A stretch of 64,000 nt of DNA, from positions 32,001 to 96,000 of the IMG/VR virus record IMGVR_UViG_3300032236_001503; one strand, written 5' to 3'. The stretch is from a virus. The notes under the pieces were generated by a model. The model saw only the letters and a program-made list of their open reading frames with translations. It did not search any database and was not told the DNA's origin. The position numbers and the translations under genes are program-made. This document shows, one piece after another, positions 48,152 through 57,688 of this stretch (its first letter is position 1; each line of letters opens with the position of its first letter).

Positions 48152-48180
48152 TTGCTTTTGTGTGAGAAGCAATCTATAAT
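48152..48180 (+). promoter_or_regulatory. Sigma70-like promoter TTGCTT-N17-TATAAT inside an inverted repeat
   Basis: 6 nt before helicase ATG; ttataggttgctt / aagcaatctataa at 48145-48179. Confidence 0.65.
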
Positions 48181-48186
48181 ATTCTA

Positions 48187-49584
48187 ATGGTAAATAAACC
48201 AATCCCTTTAGATCATGACGAGTATGAAAAGATCGTTATGTATAATTCTTTGTTCGATGAGTCATATCTCGAAACGATCATTGAACATATAAATCCATCC
48301 TTTTTTAAGGATAAGGATACCAAAACCATTTTTAAAGTTGTAAACTCTTTTTACCAAGAGTTTAAAAAAACTCCAAACGTAACGGAGATTAAAGCCCACC
48401 TACCCTCAGAGGAGGAAAAACAAGCTCTTAAGAGAGTCATATTATCCTTTAACAATATTGATAAGGAATACGATAAAGAAGTATTGCTTAAAAATACAGA
48501 AAGATGGTTGAGGGAAAAGGCAATCTTAAATACATATTTTAATACATCGGTTGAAGTTCAAACTGGTGATATTGATAGCACAACTCTCCTTAAGAAGTTT
48601 GAAGAGGCATGTAATCTTTCATTGGTTGATAATCTTGGATTGGATTACTTGGAGAGTATCGATGAACACGTTGATGAACTTTTAAAAACCGAAGAAAAAA
48701 TTTCTACTGGATGGAAATGGCTTGATAAAAATCTTGGTGGTGGCTTTCTTAAAGATGGTAGAGCATTGTATGTATTTTATGGTTCAACCAATGTTGGTAA
48801 ATCTATCTTCTTGGGTAACATGGCAACCAATATTCTTAGTCAAAATAAAACAGTTGTTTTGATATCTTTGGAAATGCCAGAGCATGTTTATGCGAAGAGA
48901 ATTAGTGCATGCTTATCAAAGATCCCATCAAATGATCTGAAACTACAAATCGATCCACTTAAAACAAAACTTAATCAATATAAGGTTAAAAACAGTGAAA
49001 GTAAGCTTATTATTAAAGAATTCCCAACAAAGGGTGTAACGGTTTTGGGTATTAAGACGTATATCGAAAAGCTTGTCAGAAAGGGTGTAAAACCAGACGT
49101 AATCATTCTTGATTATTTGAATCTGATTGCACCACCACATGCCAATAAGAATTCTTATGAGTCAATTAAAGAAATTACGGAATATGTTAGAGCATTGACT
49201 TATAAGTTTGAATGCCCAATTATAACAGCAACCCAAACAAATCGTTCTGGATATAAGAACGAGATGCCAGATTTGGAAACCACTAGTGAATCAATGGGTC
49301 TTGCTCATACGGCTGATGCACAGTTCCCAATTTGGGTTGATGATCAGGATTTTGAACTTGGTATTATCCACTTGGGTATTGCTAAAAATCGTTTTGGTAG
49401 TAGAGGTATTCATACTCAATTAAAAATTGATTACCCGACTCTATCAATTACTGAAATGGATGATATTGTATTTACAAATACACCAAAGGGTAAAATTCCA
49501 ACCAATTTGGTTGATGATTCTAATCCTAATATATCAGATATTCTTAATAGTGTAGAAAAATATGCAAATGATGATGAAAATTAA
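48187..49584 (+). CDS. gp41: Replicative DnaB-like helicase
   Basis: GSTNVGKS, SLEM, KEFPT, LDYLNL, ATQTNRSG, ESxGL..TAD, KNRFG. Confidence 0.95.
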   Translation: MVNKPIPLDHDEYEKIVMYNSLFDESYLETIIEHINPSFFKDKDTKTIFKVVNSFYQEFKKTPNVTEIKAHLPSEEEKQALKRVILSFNNIDKEYDKEVLLKNTERWLREKAILNTYFNTSVEVQTGDIDSTTLLKKFEEACNLSLVDNLGLDYLESIDEHVDELLKTEEKISTGWKWLDKNLGGGFLKDGRALYVFYGSTNVGKSIFLGNMATNILSQNKTVVLISLEMPEHVYAKRISACLSKIPSNDLKLQIDPLKTKLNQYKVKNSESKLIIKEFPTKGVTVLGIKTYIEKLVRKGVKPDVIILDYLNLIAPPHANKNSYESIKEITEYVRALTYKFECPIITATQTNRSGYKNEMPDLETTSESMGLAHTADAQFPIWVDDQDFELGIIHLGIAKNRFGSRGIHTQLKIDYPTLSITEMDDIVFTNTPKGKIPTNLVDDSNPNISDILNSVEKYANDDEN

Positions 49585-49607
49585 TAGGTTAGTAGTAAAT
49601 AACCTTA

Positions 49608-49922
49608 ATGATTATTACGTCATCACAGCAATTTGATAACTTAAGCAACCCATATGATGCATTAAATGTTGAAGAATTTGAAGATATTACTTTAAAATTC
49701 GGATCTTTTGTTTGTATTGCCAAAGGTAAAAAAATGAATTATCTCAATTTTTTAAAATTTTTGGTAGACGATAAAAGAACTCAAAAAATTTATTTTGCAT
49801 TACTTGGAGAATATTCTTTACAAAATATTATAAAGACGTATCTTGGATCTACACCAAATGTCTATAAAAAGATATTTAGATCCAAATTAAATCGTAAGAA
49901 AAATGCTAAACCTGTCAGATAA
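49608..49922 (+). CDS. Hypothetical protein
   Basis: 104 aa; TAAATA at 49596-49601. Confidence 0.6.
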   Translation: MIITSSQQFDNLSNPYDALNVEEFEDITLKFGSFVCIAKGKKMNYLNFLKFLVDDKRTQKIYFALLGEYSLQNIIKTYLGSTPNVYKKIFRSKLNRKKNAKPVR

Positions 49923-50571
49923 AGAAAAATCCATATATAACTGCTATTTGAAATTTTCTAGGAAAGGTCAACCCTTTAACCCTAGAAAAGATTTTACTGA
50001 TTTGGATGATAACACCATCGTCTCTCTTAAAAAGATTGCTATTTTCCTTTCTCGCTATCCACATATAAGAATGGAAGATTATTTTAATGCGCCAACCGAA
50101 TTACATCCCGATGAAAAATATCCAAGTCTTGCCTTTTTTACAACACTAGCAGCTACAAAAAATTATACACTTTTTAAAAAGAAACAAGAGGATGAAGACC
50201 CTGAAAAACAAATTGACCTTATTAAGGAAAGTTTTAGATTTATTGGCATGTTCTGCCTTGAAAACAATATTCCATTGGAAAAATATCTGACCCATAAAAC
50301 GGGATATATGCTTTCGTGGTTAAATCATTATAGGGAGCATCGTATCAATCCGTATAGCCTTATGGAAATTAATGGACTTTATGAAAGTCTTTCAACCCTT
50401 CCCAAAGATGAAGTAGAACTTTTTGCAAAAAACCTTAATGAAAATTTCGTTGCTTATAAAAATAGATACAATTCATCACAAGAGACAAAAACACTTGTAA
50501 AAGAGGCAACAAATAAAATTAAGATTTTTATAAAAAACAACTTGCAATCTAGCAAAAAACTGTTAGTATAA
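49903..50571 (+). CDS. Hypothetical, possible gp59-like helicase loader
   Basis: 222 aa helical protein immediately upstream of gp32 as in T4; no diagnostic motif recognised. Confidence 0.4.
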   Translation: MLNLSDKEKSIYNCYLKFSRKGQPFNPRKDFTDLDDNTIVSLKKIAIFLSRYPHIRMEDYFNAPTELHPDEKYPSLAFFTTLAATKNYTLFKKKQEDEDPEKQIDLIKESFRFIGMFCLENNIPLEKYLTHKTGYMLSWLNHYREHRINPYSLMEINGLYESLSTLPKDEVELFAKNLNENFVAYKNRYNSSQETKTLVKEATNKIKIFIKNNLQSSKKLLV

Positions 50572-50575
50572 GGAG
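50542..50575 (+). promoter_or_regulatory. Sigma70-like promoter TTGCAA-N16-TAGTAT (TGn) followed by Shine-Dalgarno AGGAG
   Basis: SD at 50571-50575, 6 nt before ATG 50582. Confidence 0.65.
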
Positions 50576-50581
50576 AACAAT

Positions 50582-51439
50582 ATGACAACAAAATACAACT
50601 CAAACCTATTCGATTCACTCAAGGATGCCCTTTCCACTAAGGAAAGCAATTCCGAAAATAGCTTCAAGGATTTCTTGAAGTTTGAAACGGACAAGACTTA
50701 TATCATTCGTCTTTTTCCAAATCTTGAAAACACCAAGCTTACTCGTTTTCACTATTATCAACACGTTTTTAAGTCCATCGTAAACGGCAAGTATATCAGT
50801 GTTCTTTGTCCTCACACTTATGGTGAGAAATGCCCAATTGATGAGTATCGTAGCAAGGTTTATGCCGCCAAGAATGATACTCTCATCGAACAGTCTCGCC
50901 CTCTCAAGAGAACTGAAAAGTGGCTTTATAACGCTTATGTTATTAAAGATCCTACCAATCCTGACAACCAAGGTCAGGTTAAAATTGTCAATGCTGGAAC
51001 CCAGCTTAACAAGATCATCCAGAATGCAATTGATGGTGATGATGCAGAAGAGTTTGGTGCTCACAAAATCTTCAATCTCTCCCCTACTGGTTGCAATTTG
51101 AAGGTTAAGGTTGAGAAAAATGATGGTGGTTATCCAACTTATGTTAGTTCCAAGTTTACCTCACCTAGTGAGATTGAGGGTCTTGATGATATTGATGAAG
51201 TGTATGGACAGTTCAAGAGTCTTGATACGGTCTTTCAACCCAAGTCTTATGATGATATTAAGAAGCTTCTTGATGTTCATTTCTTTGGTAAGGATGAAAC
51301 TTCAGCTACCACAAGTCACATTGAAGACGAGGATGAGGACGATGATGATGTTGTAGTAACGCCTAAGTCCGTAACAGAATCTTCGGCAACTCTATCCGAT
51401 CACGATAAGAAGATGCAGGATATCCTTAAGGATCTCTAA
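50582..51439 (+). CDS. gp32: Single-stranded DNA-binding protein
   Basis: IRLFP, HxF, CPxTxGExCPI, NAYVIKDPxNPxNxGxVK, GxNLKVK, acidic tail. Confidence 0.92.
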   Translation: MTTKYNSNLFDSLKDALSTKESNSENSFKDFLKFETDKTYIIRLFPNLENTKLTRFHYYQHVFKSIVNGKYISVLCPHTYGEKCPIDEYRSKVYAAKNDTLIEQSRPLKRTEKWLYNAYVIKDPTNPDNQGQVKIVNAGTQLNKIIQNAIDGDDAEEFGAHKIFNLSPTGCNLKVKVEKNDGGYPTYVSSKFTSPSEIEGLDDIDEVYGQFKSLDTVFQPKSYDDIKKLLDVHFFGKDETSATTSHIEDEDEDDDDVVVTPKSVTESSATLSDHDKKMQDILKDL

Positions 51440-51441
51440 TA

Positions 51442-51894
51442 ATGAGCCATCGTCAACAAGAAGAAGCACTAGAAGTCGCTAAACTTGCGGCGATGGTTGG
51501 TGGACAATTAAGGGCTGTTGATCAATTAAGATCTGATAGTGGTGGTATGCCAGCAAATCGAATTGATATCAACAGCTTTATTGCCAAAGCAAAAGGTCAA
51601 AATGTCAGACAACAGGGTGGCTTTCTTCCAGTAGATAATCTACAAAAGAAAGCAATGGAAGATGCAATGCGTGAAGCCATGATGGTTCCAGATGTTCCAT
51701 CATGGTCTCCACCTCCATCTGATGTTTCATCACAAATGATTCCTTTGCCACCTAACCCAATCCCAGCACCTAATACTGGTGCAGTTATCGCATCTGATGC
51801 ATTAAAAAACATTGAAGAAAAGATAGAAAAGATTGGCAATACGTTAGAAAATCTGTTAGAATTGATTCAAACAACATTGAATCAAAATGAGTGA
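51442..51894 (+). CDS. Hypothetical protein (Pro-rich linker, C-terminal coiled coil)
   Basis: 150 aa ORF in the operon. Confidence 0.65.
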   Translation: MSHRQQEEALEVAKLAAMVGGQLRAVDQLRSDSGGMPANRIDINSFIAKAKGQNVRQQGGFLPVDNLQKKAMEDAMREAMMVPDVPSWSPPPSDVSSQMIPLPPNPIPAPNTGAVIASDALKNIEEKIEKIGNTLENLLELIQTTLNQNE

Positions 51895-52651
51895 TAACGA
51901 AAAACTTCTTCCCCTTCCAAAGACATCTTTAGAAAAGCTTTTAAAGCCTATTAATCGGCTCACTGAAAGCTGTGTTCTAAAAACTAGAGGAGATGTTTTG
52001 GATTCTATTTGTACATCACAGGACAATAGCGTAATTCTTTATGCTAATTGTAAACTCCCTATGGAGATTGATGATAGTAAATTGAATCTTATTAACATTA
52101 AGAAGTTTCTAACCGGATTAGAATGTTTAGGTGATGACGGTCAATTTACTTTGAAAATTCTTCCAAATAGCATTAAATGCCAATCTAAAAATGAAGAAAC
52201 TGGTGAGAATACTCATTTTAAATATCACTTAGTTGATGATGGTATTATTAAGGAAGCACCAGTTAAAATTGAAAATATAGCGGCTCTTGAGTTTGATACC
52301 GAATTTGAAATATCTTTACAGAAAATCAGACAAATTATGTCTGCTTATTCTTTCGTTTCTGATGTAACAAAGATATATTTTTATACTAAAGACGGTAAGG
52401 TTTACGCCGAAATTGATGATAAAACTATGCAGAATGTCGATAATGTTTCATTGTTATTGGCATCAGAATATCAAGGCGAAGATATGCAACATATTTCTAT
52501 TAAAATAGAGGTCTTTAAAAGTCTCGTAAGTAGCAAATATCCAGTAAAGGTAAAGGTTAAAAATAACAATAAAATGAAAGTATTCGTTTTTAATACTAGA
52601 GAAGATGAAAATGTACAACTTAAATATATTGTTTCTGCTCTTGTTAAATAG
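51887..52651 (+). CDS. Probable sliding clamp (gp45/PCNA-like)
   Basis: 254 aa two-domain alpha/beta periodicity, ends LKYIVSAL; replication context. Confidence 0.6.
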   Translation: MSDNEKLLPLPKTSLEKLLKPINRLTESCVLKTRGDVLDSICTSQDNSVILYANCKLPMEIDDSKLNLINIKKFLTGLECLGDDGQFTLKILPNSIKCQSKNEETGENTHFKYHLVDDGIIKEAPVKIENIAALEFDTEFEISLQKIRQIMSAYSFVSDVTKIYFYTKDGKVYAEIDDKTMQNVDNVSLLLASEYQGEDMQHISIKIEVFKSLVSSKYPVKVKVKNNNKMKVFVFNTREDENVQLKYIVSALVK

Positions 52652-52672
52652 AATAAACAAATAAATAATATT

Positions 52673-52993
52673 ATGGCTAAAAATAAACTGACAACATGTA
52701 GTTACTTCATTAAACGTCTCCGTGATAGCGGTTATGTTACCGATAAAGTATTCACTGATTATGCTGATACAGATCCAAGATCTTGGACTGTTGTTATTGA
52801 TCCAAAAGTATCATCCGTGATGATTACTTGTTTCAATAATCATAATTATTTAGGTGAAGAATATTTTGAAATGCATGATGGTGGTCAATTTATTCCAGAA
52901 CATTTTAAGATTAAGACTAGCTCAATTGAAGTTCTTATCGAATATCTTGTAAAATTTGGTATTAATAATAAAGCAGAAACATATCAAAAGTAA
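52673..52993 (+). CDS. Hypothetical late protein
   Basis: 106 aa; TAAATA at 52662-52667. Confidence 0.65.
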   Translation: MAKNKLTTCSYFIKRLRDSGYVTDKVFTDYADTDPRSWTVVIDPKVSSVMITCFNNHNYLGEEYFEMHDGGQFIPEHFKIKTSSIEVLIEYLVKFGINNKAETYQK

Positions 52994-52997
52994 TTTT

Positions 52998-53393
52998 ATG
53001 TCAAACCGAAAAAGGAAAACAAATATACCTTCATTGTCTTCGGTTGAAAACATAAAAAACAACATAAAAACAAAATCCACTGATTCAGTAGAAGAAATTT
53101 CAAAAAAAGTTTTTGAGGCAATATCAAATGTTGAACTTCAAAAAAGTATAGATAAGTGGATGAAAGAAAATAAAAAAGAACAAGTAGTATCAATGCGAGA
53201 TTTAGGTATTCTTAAGGGTATTATTTCGGAATACCTTGATACCTATTTAGTATTTGGATATAATGTAAATGGAGAAAGAATAATTTTACAAAACTTTAAA
53301 AATGCAAGAGATAGGGATGCTATTATGGAATTCCTTAAAACCATTTTTCTTAAACAACAACACGAGAATTTCTTAGATCAAGACGATGAGTAA
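52998..53393 (+). CDS. Hypothetical protein
   Basis: Start moved to ATG 52998. Confidence 0.6.
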   Translation: MSNRKRKTNIPSLSSVENIKNNIKTKSTDSVEEISKKVFEAISNVELQKSIDKWMKENKKEQVVSMRDLGILKGIISEYLDTYLVFGYNVNGERIILQNFKNARDRDAIMEFLKTIFLKQQHENFLDQDDE

Positions 53394-54384
53394 CCAAGAT
53401 CCATTATGTAATCCCCCATTATTGGATTCATCATTGTTTCCAACTGGTTCTACCTTGGCTACACAAGGTTCTGATTACAATATATTACCATTTTTATGTA
53501 ATTTAGTTAATCTAGCAACTAACCCAAATGTAGATCCCGTATTAGTTACGCCTCCAGCATACGATTGGACACCACATGTAAACTTTTCAGCATTAACTGG
53601 TGTTGGTGATCCTAGGTTCTCAGATGGTGCGATTTTATCCGCTTGTTTCACTGAATTTTTACCAAAAATATTAACGCAGCTTGAGGTTAAAAAAGCTGGT
53701 GGTTATCAAGTCGTAGACACATACATTTGCGATGCCGATGGCAATCCAATTTTAACAAAAACCGAACAACCAATTCAAACTACAGTTGGAAACGGTAATA
53801 TAAATTTATATGGGTATCAGATAGGTTCTGTAACAACAGAACAATTAATGGAACCAATTACTGAGCAATCTATTGCTACATTTTATGCTAATTATATTCA
53901 ATCGCAGCAAAATATTTATGCTGGAGCTTTTGCTACATATATAAACACGGTTTACACACCAACTGCATGCAAAAACAACGTATTTTCTTCTAATGGTTGG
54001 AGAGCCACCTTAAACACGACATCCATATTCCCTTTATTTTACGTTCAATTAGACTTTTTAATCAATGGCAATGTTGATCATAGTGTATATTTAAAATATT
54101 ATAATGATTCTCAACAAGCAGTTCTCAATAATTTAATTAGTCTTAATTATATACCCAATAATTCAGTAATAAATGTTCAACCAACAATGAAAGCATCAAG
54201 TAATGCAATGATTGCAATGGTTATGAATCCAATTCCTGATTATACAAATACTAATAATTTTGTTAATATCGCAACAAACCAAGTGAATATGTTCTCAGCA
54301 TCGGTTCTTCAAAATTATACGAACCAATATAGTACTTTTATTAAAAATCCGTCAGCATTTAAAGCTACTTATAAGCTCAGTTAA
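53386..54384 (+). CDS. Hypothetical, likely virion protein
   Basis: 332 aa, N/T/P-rich and low in charge like the other structural ORFs. Confidence 0.55.
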   Translation: MSNQDPLCNPPLLDSSLFPTGSTLATQGSDYNILPFLCNLVNLATNPNVDPVLVTPPAYDWTPHVNFSALTGVGDPRFSDGAILSACFTEFLPKILTQLEVKKAGGYQVVDTYICDADGNPILTKTEQPIQTTVGNGNINLYGYQIGSVTTEQLMEPITEQSIATFYANYIQSQQNIYAGAFATYINTVYTPTACKNNVFSSNGWRATLNTTSIFPLFYVQLDFLINGNVDHSVYLKYYNDSQQAVLNNLISLNYIPNNSVINVQPTMKASSNAMIAMVMNPIPDYTNTNNFVNIATNQVNMFSASVLQNYTNQYSTFIKNPSAFKATYKLS

Positions 54385-56465
54385 CAATTTCTGAATGGAC
54401 TTAATGTTGGTGGTGGATTGAGTGATCCATCCGCATTGTAATTAGGATACGCTTCAACGTAATTTGTACCATCAGCTACACCATTACCATCACCTTGGAT
54501 GCCATATGCCATATTTCTTGCTCCTGTTCCAGCATTTCGCCCTAATCCTAATCCCAAGCAAAGCGAAATAGGGAGTGATCCAGAATCAGCAGGACTTGTT
54601 CCAGTGCCATTACCTCTAGGTGGCGTTGGTATATTACTAGGTGAAGGTCTTTGACTTTGGAATCCAGCGGTTGTGTCACAATGAACACCTTCATGACCAA
54701 CGTATTGGTGAGTATGCATTCCTGATATATTGTCATGATTGTGAGGACCGGTATAAACGGGTAACATATCAGCATCAACAAATGTATTAGTAAACACAAC
54801 AGGGAAAGTTCCTGCTGCTCCATATGCTCCTGCTGGTGGTACTGTCACCCAAGCAATACTTTCTTTAGCCACCATTAATGGCGTATAACCATTCGCATTA
54901 ACAGCCCAAGCTAATCCTGTAGGTATGCCTTGATTATCTAATGGTACTGCCAATTTAGTTGAATTTATAGCTCTTTTTACCACATTATATAAACCAGTAA
55001 CAGTTAATAATTCACCAGTAATAGCATCAAATCCAGCTTTAATAGCGTGTAATGCTTCGGAGAAAACATTTTGACTAGTAGCTTGTTGATTTGCATTAAA
55101 TGGTGGTGGACTATTCCAAGATGAACAATTACCAACCGACTGAATTGATGCCGATGGCTCGGTTTGCATCGACATACTTTTTGTAACTAAATTTGGTGCA
55201 TATAAAGTACCATCATGAGTTATCATTCCTTGAACCGATAAATCACCATTAACGCTTACTTGTCCAGTAAAAAGGGTGTGATCGGAATTTACATGAACTC
55301 CACCATCACCACTATTATCTTTTGCGTCAATTATTACTTGCTTACCTTTAATTTGAGTTAAACCAGCACCAAATAAATTTAAATCACCATGAGTTGTTGA
55401 CATCTCAACGTGACCAACTTTTACTTCAAGTGGTCCATCAGATACCATATGAGTTCCATTACCACCAGAAGTTATATCAACACTATGGGTAGCATCTAAA
55501 TGGATATTACCAACTGGTGAATGATCGGGTGTTAGATAATAATTTAATTCTGATGGAGCACCATTAGAAACTTGAGCCAATTTTCCACCATTAGATTCAT
55601 GTGCAGTTGGGAAATTTGAATTATTTACGTTTTTAACATATGGTGAAACTGTGCTTCTTGTTCCATGTCCTGCTCTAACCACATAATTATCAGCCATGTG
55701 AGCGTGTGTAGTATCCTGACTACCCATTGCTTGCTCATTTTGTTGTATTGATGGATCGCTTTTTATTGCCGAAATAGCCGCTTGGTTTGCAGCATCATAA
55801 TCGGGAACTTTTATATGCGAACCATCACAATTTGGATGATTACAAGTTCCACTTTTAGTAAATGTATTATTAGTAAAAATACTCATCATTGGTATGACTA
55901 ATCCACCAATAACTTTTCTAAAGGTTGCATAAGAAAATGGCATATATGGGGGCCAAATTTGACCCAATCCACCAAGCATTCTATCTAAAAATGCACTAGC
56001 TCTATCATTTGTTACTTTTTGATTACATACTGGACATGGAACTGTTTTAGTAGCATCTTTAAATGCATCATTTTTTGCCTGTTGAACATTATCTAAAGAT
56101 TTTTGATGAGCAGTTTGTGCTGCAATTGCTTGTGGACTTCTATTTGCTTTTATTTCAGTTCCACCAGTTTGAGCCATAATATGACTTTGACCTAAACATG
56201 TAAACTGTGAATCACCACCAACCGAATAAGAAACATTTTGCCCAATTGCAAAATGAAAATCGGCTTGCGTATTAAATAAACCATCACCACCTATAAATTG
56301 TAAGAAATTTCCACTCTTATGAAATATTCCAGCCATTGATTGATCCCTAATAATACTGGAACCAGACATTGCTTGGTAATATGAATTCAATTGAATACTA
56401 CCAGCATCAGATGCTAAATTATTAGTCTGACTACTAACTACATTATTTGATACATCTGCTGGCAT
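54381..56465 (-). CDS. Baseplate spike-like protein (gp5 C-terminal beta-helix-like) with Zn-finger insert and HxH tip motifs
   Basis: Beta-helix-like repeats (VSVNGDLSVQG), CPVC..CNHPNC insert, PHNH..MHTH; follows the gp5 OB gene; TAAATA at 56472-56477. Confidence 0.55.
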   Translation of the reverse strand: MPADVSNNVVSSQTNNLASDAGSIQLNSYYQAMSGSSIIRDQSMAGIFHKSGNFLQFIGGDGLFNTQADFHFAIGQNVSYSVGGDSQFTCLGQSHIMAQTGGTEIKANRSPQAIAAQTAHQKSLDNVQQAKNDAFKDATKTVPCPVCNQKVTNDRASAFLDRMLGGLGQIWPPYMPFSYATFRKVIGGLVIPMMSIFTNNTFTKSGTCNHPNCDGSHIKVPDYDAANQAAISAIKSDPSIQQNEQAMGSQDTTHAHMADNYVVRAGHGTRSTVSPYVKNVNNSNFPTAHESNGGKLAQVSNGAPSELNYYLTPDHSPVGNIHLDATHSVDITSGGNGTHMVSDGPLEVKVGHVEMSTTHGDLNLFGAGLTQIKGKQVIIDAKDNSGDGGVHVNSDHTLFTGQVSVNGDLSVQGMITHDGTLYAPNLVTKSMSMQTEPSASIQSVGNCSSWNSPPPFNANQQATSQNVFSEALHAIKAGFDAITGELLTVTGLYNVVKRAINSTKLAVPLDNQGIPTGLAWAVNANGYTPLMVAKESIAWVTVPPAGAYGAAGTFPVVFTNTFVDADMLPVYTGPHNHDNISGMHTHQYVGHEGVHCDTTAGFQSQRPSPSNIPTPPRGNGTGTSPADSGSLPISLCLGLGLGRNAGTGARNMAYGIQGDGNGVADGTNYVEAYPNYNADGSLNPPPTLSPFRNC

Positions 56466-56481
56466 ATTATATATTTATGAT

Positions 56482-57687
56482 TTAAGATTGATATGCAACA
56501 TTTGAACCATTCAAAACTGATCCAAAATAAACGGGTTTTTGAACATCTCCACCATAGAAAAATACCCAAACTTTAGCACCAACTGCTGGTTTTGAGAAGA
56601 ATCCATTTGCTCCACCATTAGCTACATGAGCAGTGACCATATTAGCAACCATACTTCTATTATTACTATAACCAATAACAGATGTGCCTCCTTGTGGTAC
56701 ATTACCATTTCCTAAATTATTAGCTAAAACGTTACCAGAACCAGCAGCTTCACCTGCTGTGCCATATGCCCTGCTAATTCCACCCATTACTGAGTTATTT
56801 TGATTCAATAATGAATTGAATGCAGCAGCGGTTGCATTAGCTTGAGCATTTGGATCATAGATATTATCAGCAGTTAATCCCCATTGACCTATTGTATTAC
56901 TAAATAAACCTTCAGAAATAACATTTTGACCATTATCACCTTTAAAATTTTCGACATACTGTTCATTAACGGCAATATAACCATTAACAGTAGTAGATTC
57001 ATGAACCATAATTGAATCCATCAAATTAGCCCATTGATCTGCCGTGGTAGTATTACTACTCATATCGAATCCATAATTTGCACCATCTGACGGAGGTGGT
57101 CTACCAGCTAAACTTTGGGCAGCAGCTAAATTTGCAGCATGTGCATCTGCTATTGAAATGAATTGTAAATCACTTGCTGGTTTTTGTACATTAATTCCAC
57201 CTGCCTCATTGCCAACTATTCTATTACCCAATCCCAATGATGCTCCGCTATAAACAGTATATTGTGATGGTTGTGCATTTGCACTTTGATTTAAATTTAA
57301 AGCTGGTGTTATCGGTGTATTCGCACTCGTATTACTAATTGGTGTTGGTGGGTTATTCTGTGCTTGTACAGCATTTGATTGGGGATTTGCTGTAGCAGCA
57401 CCTAAAGATGGATTAACTGGTGCTGATGTGCCACCACCAAAATGTGGAGCAGATGCTTCAGCCCAAGGCAAAACTTCGTATAATTTCTGTGCAACTGCTT
57501 GCGAAATTCCACCAGCTGCTTGTTGAGTTTCAAAAGTTTTAAATGATAAATCTTTTAACTGATCATTCCACCCAGAATAAACCGTGTTACTAACGTTTGG
57601 TATAAAAACCTGTAATCTACTTCTTTTTTCTGGATCTTGGTCATTTATTACAATACCAATATGATTTCCGTGAACAGGCTCGTACAT
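56482..57687 (-). CDS. gp5/VgrG-type OB-fold baseplate hub protein with an inserted lysozyme/SLT-like domain
   Basis: GIVINDQDPEKRSRLQVFIP ... LPWA ... PAVGAKVWVFFYGGDxxxPVYFG; insert WxxLxxxIxxHES...SEGLF...IYDP. Confidence 0.7.
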   Translation of the reverse strand: MYEPVHGNHIGIVINDQDPEKRSRLQVFIPNVSNTVYSGWNDQLKDLSFKTFETQQAAGGISQAVAQKLYEVLPWAEASAPHFGGGTSAPVNPSLGAATANPQSNAVQAQNNPPTPISNTSANTPITPALNLNQSANAQPSQYTVYSGASLGLGNRIVGNEAGGINVQKPASDLQFISIADAHAANLAAAQSLAGRPPPSDGANYGFDMSSNTTTADQWANLMDSIMVHESTTVNGYIAVNEQYVENFKGDNGQNVISEGLFSNTIGQWGLTADNIYDPNAQANATAAAFNSLLNQNNSVMGGISRAYGTAGEAAGSGNVLANNLGNGNVPQGGTSVIGYSNNRSMVANMVTAHVANGGANGFFSKPAVGAKVWVFFYGGDVQKPVYFGSVLNGSNVAYQS

Positions 57688-57688
57688 A

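Noticed and set aside
43020-49584. Inteins or introns in polymerase, UvsX or helicase
   Set aside because: Lengths are normal, motifs are contiguous, and no C...HN splice junction pattern was seen.
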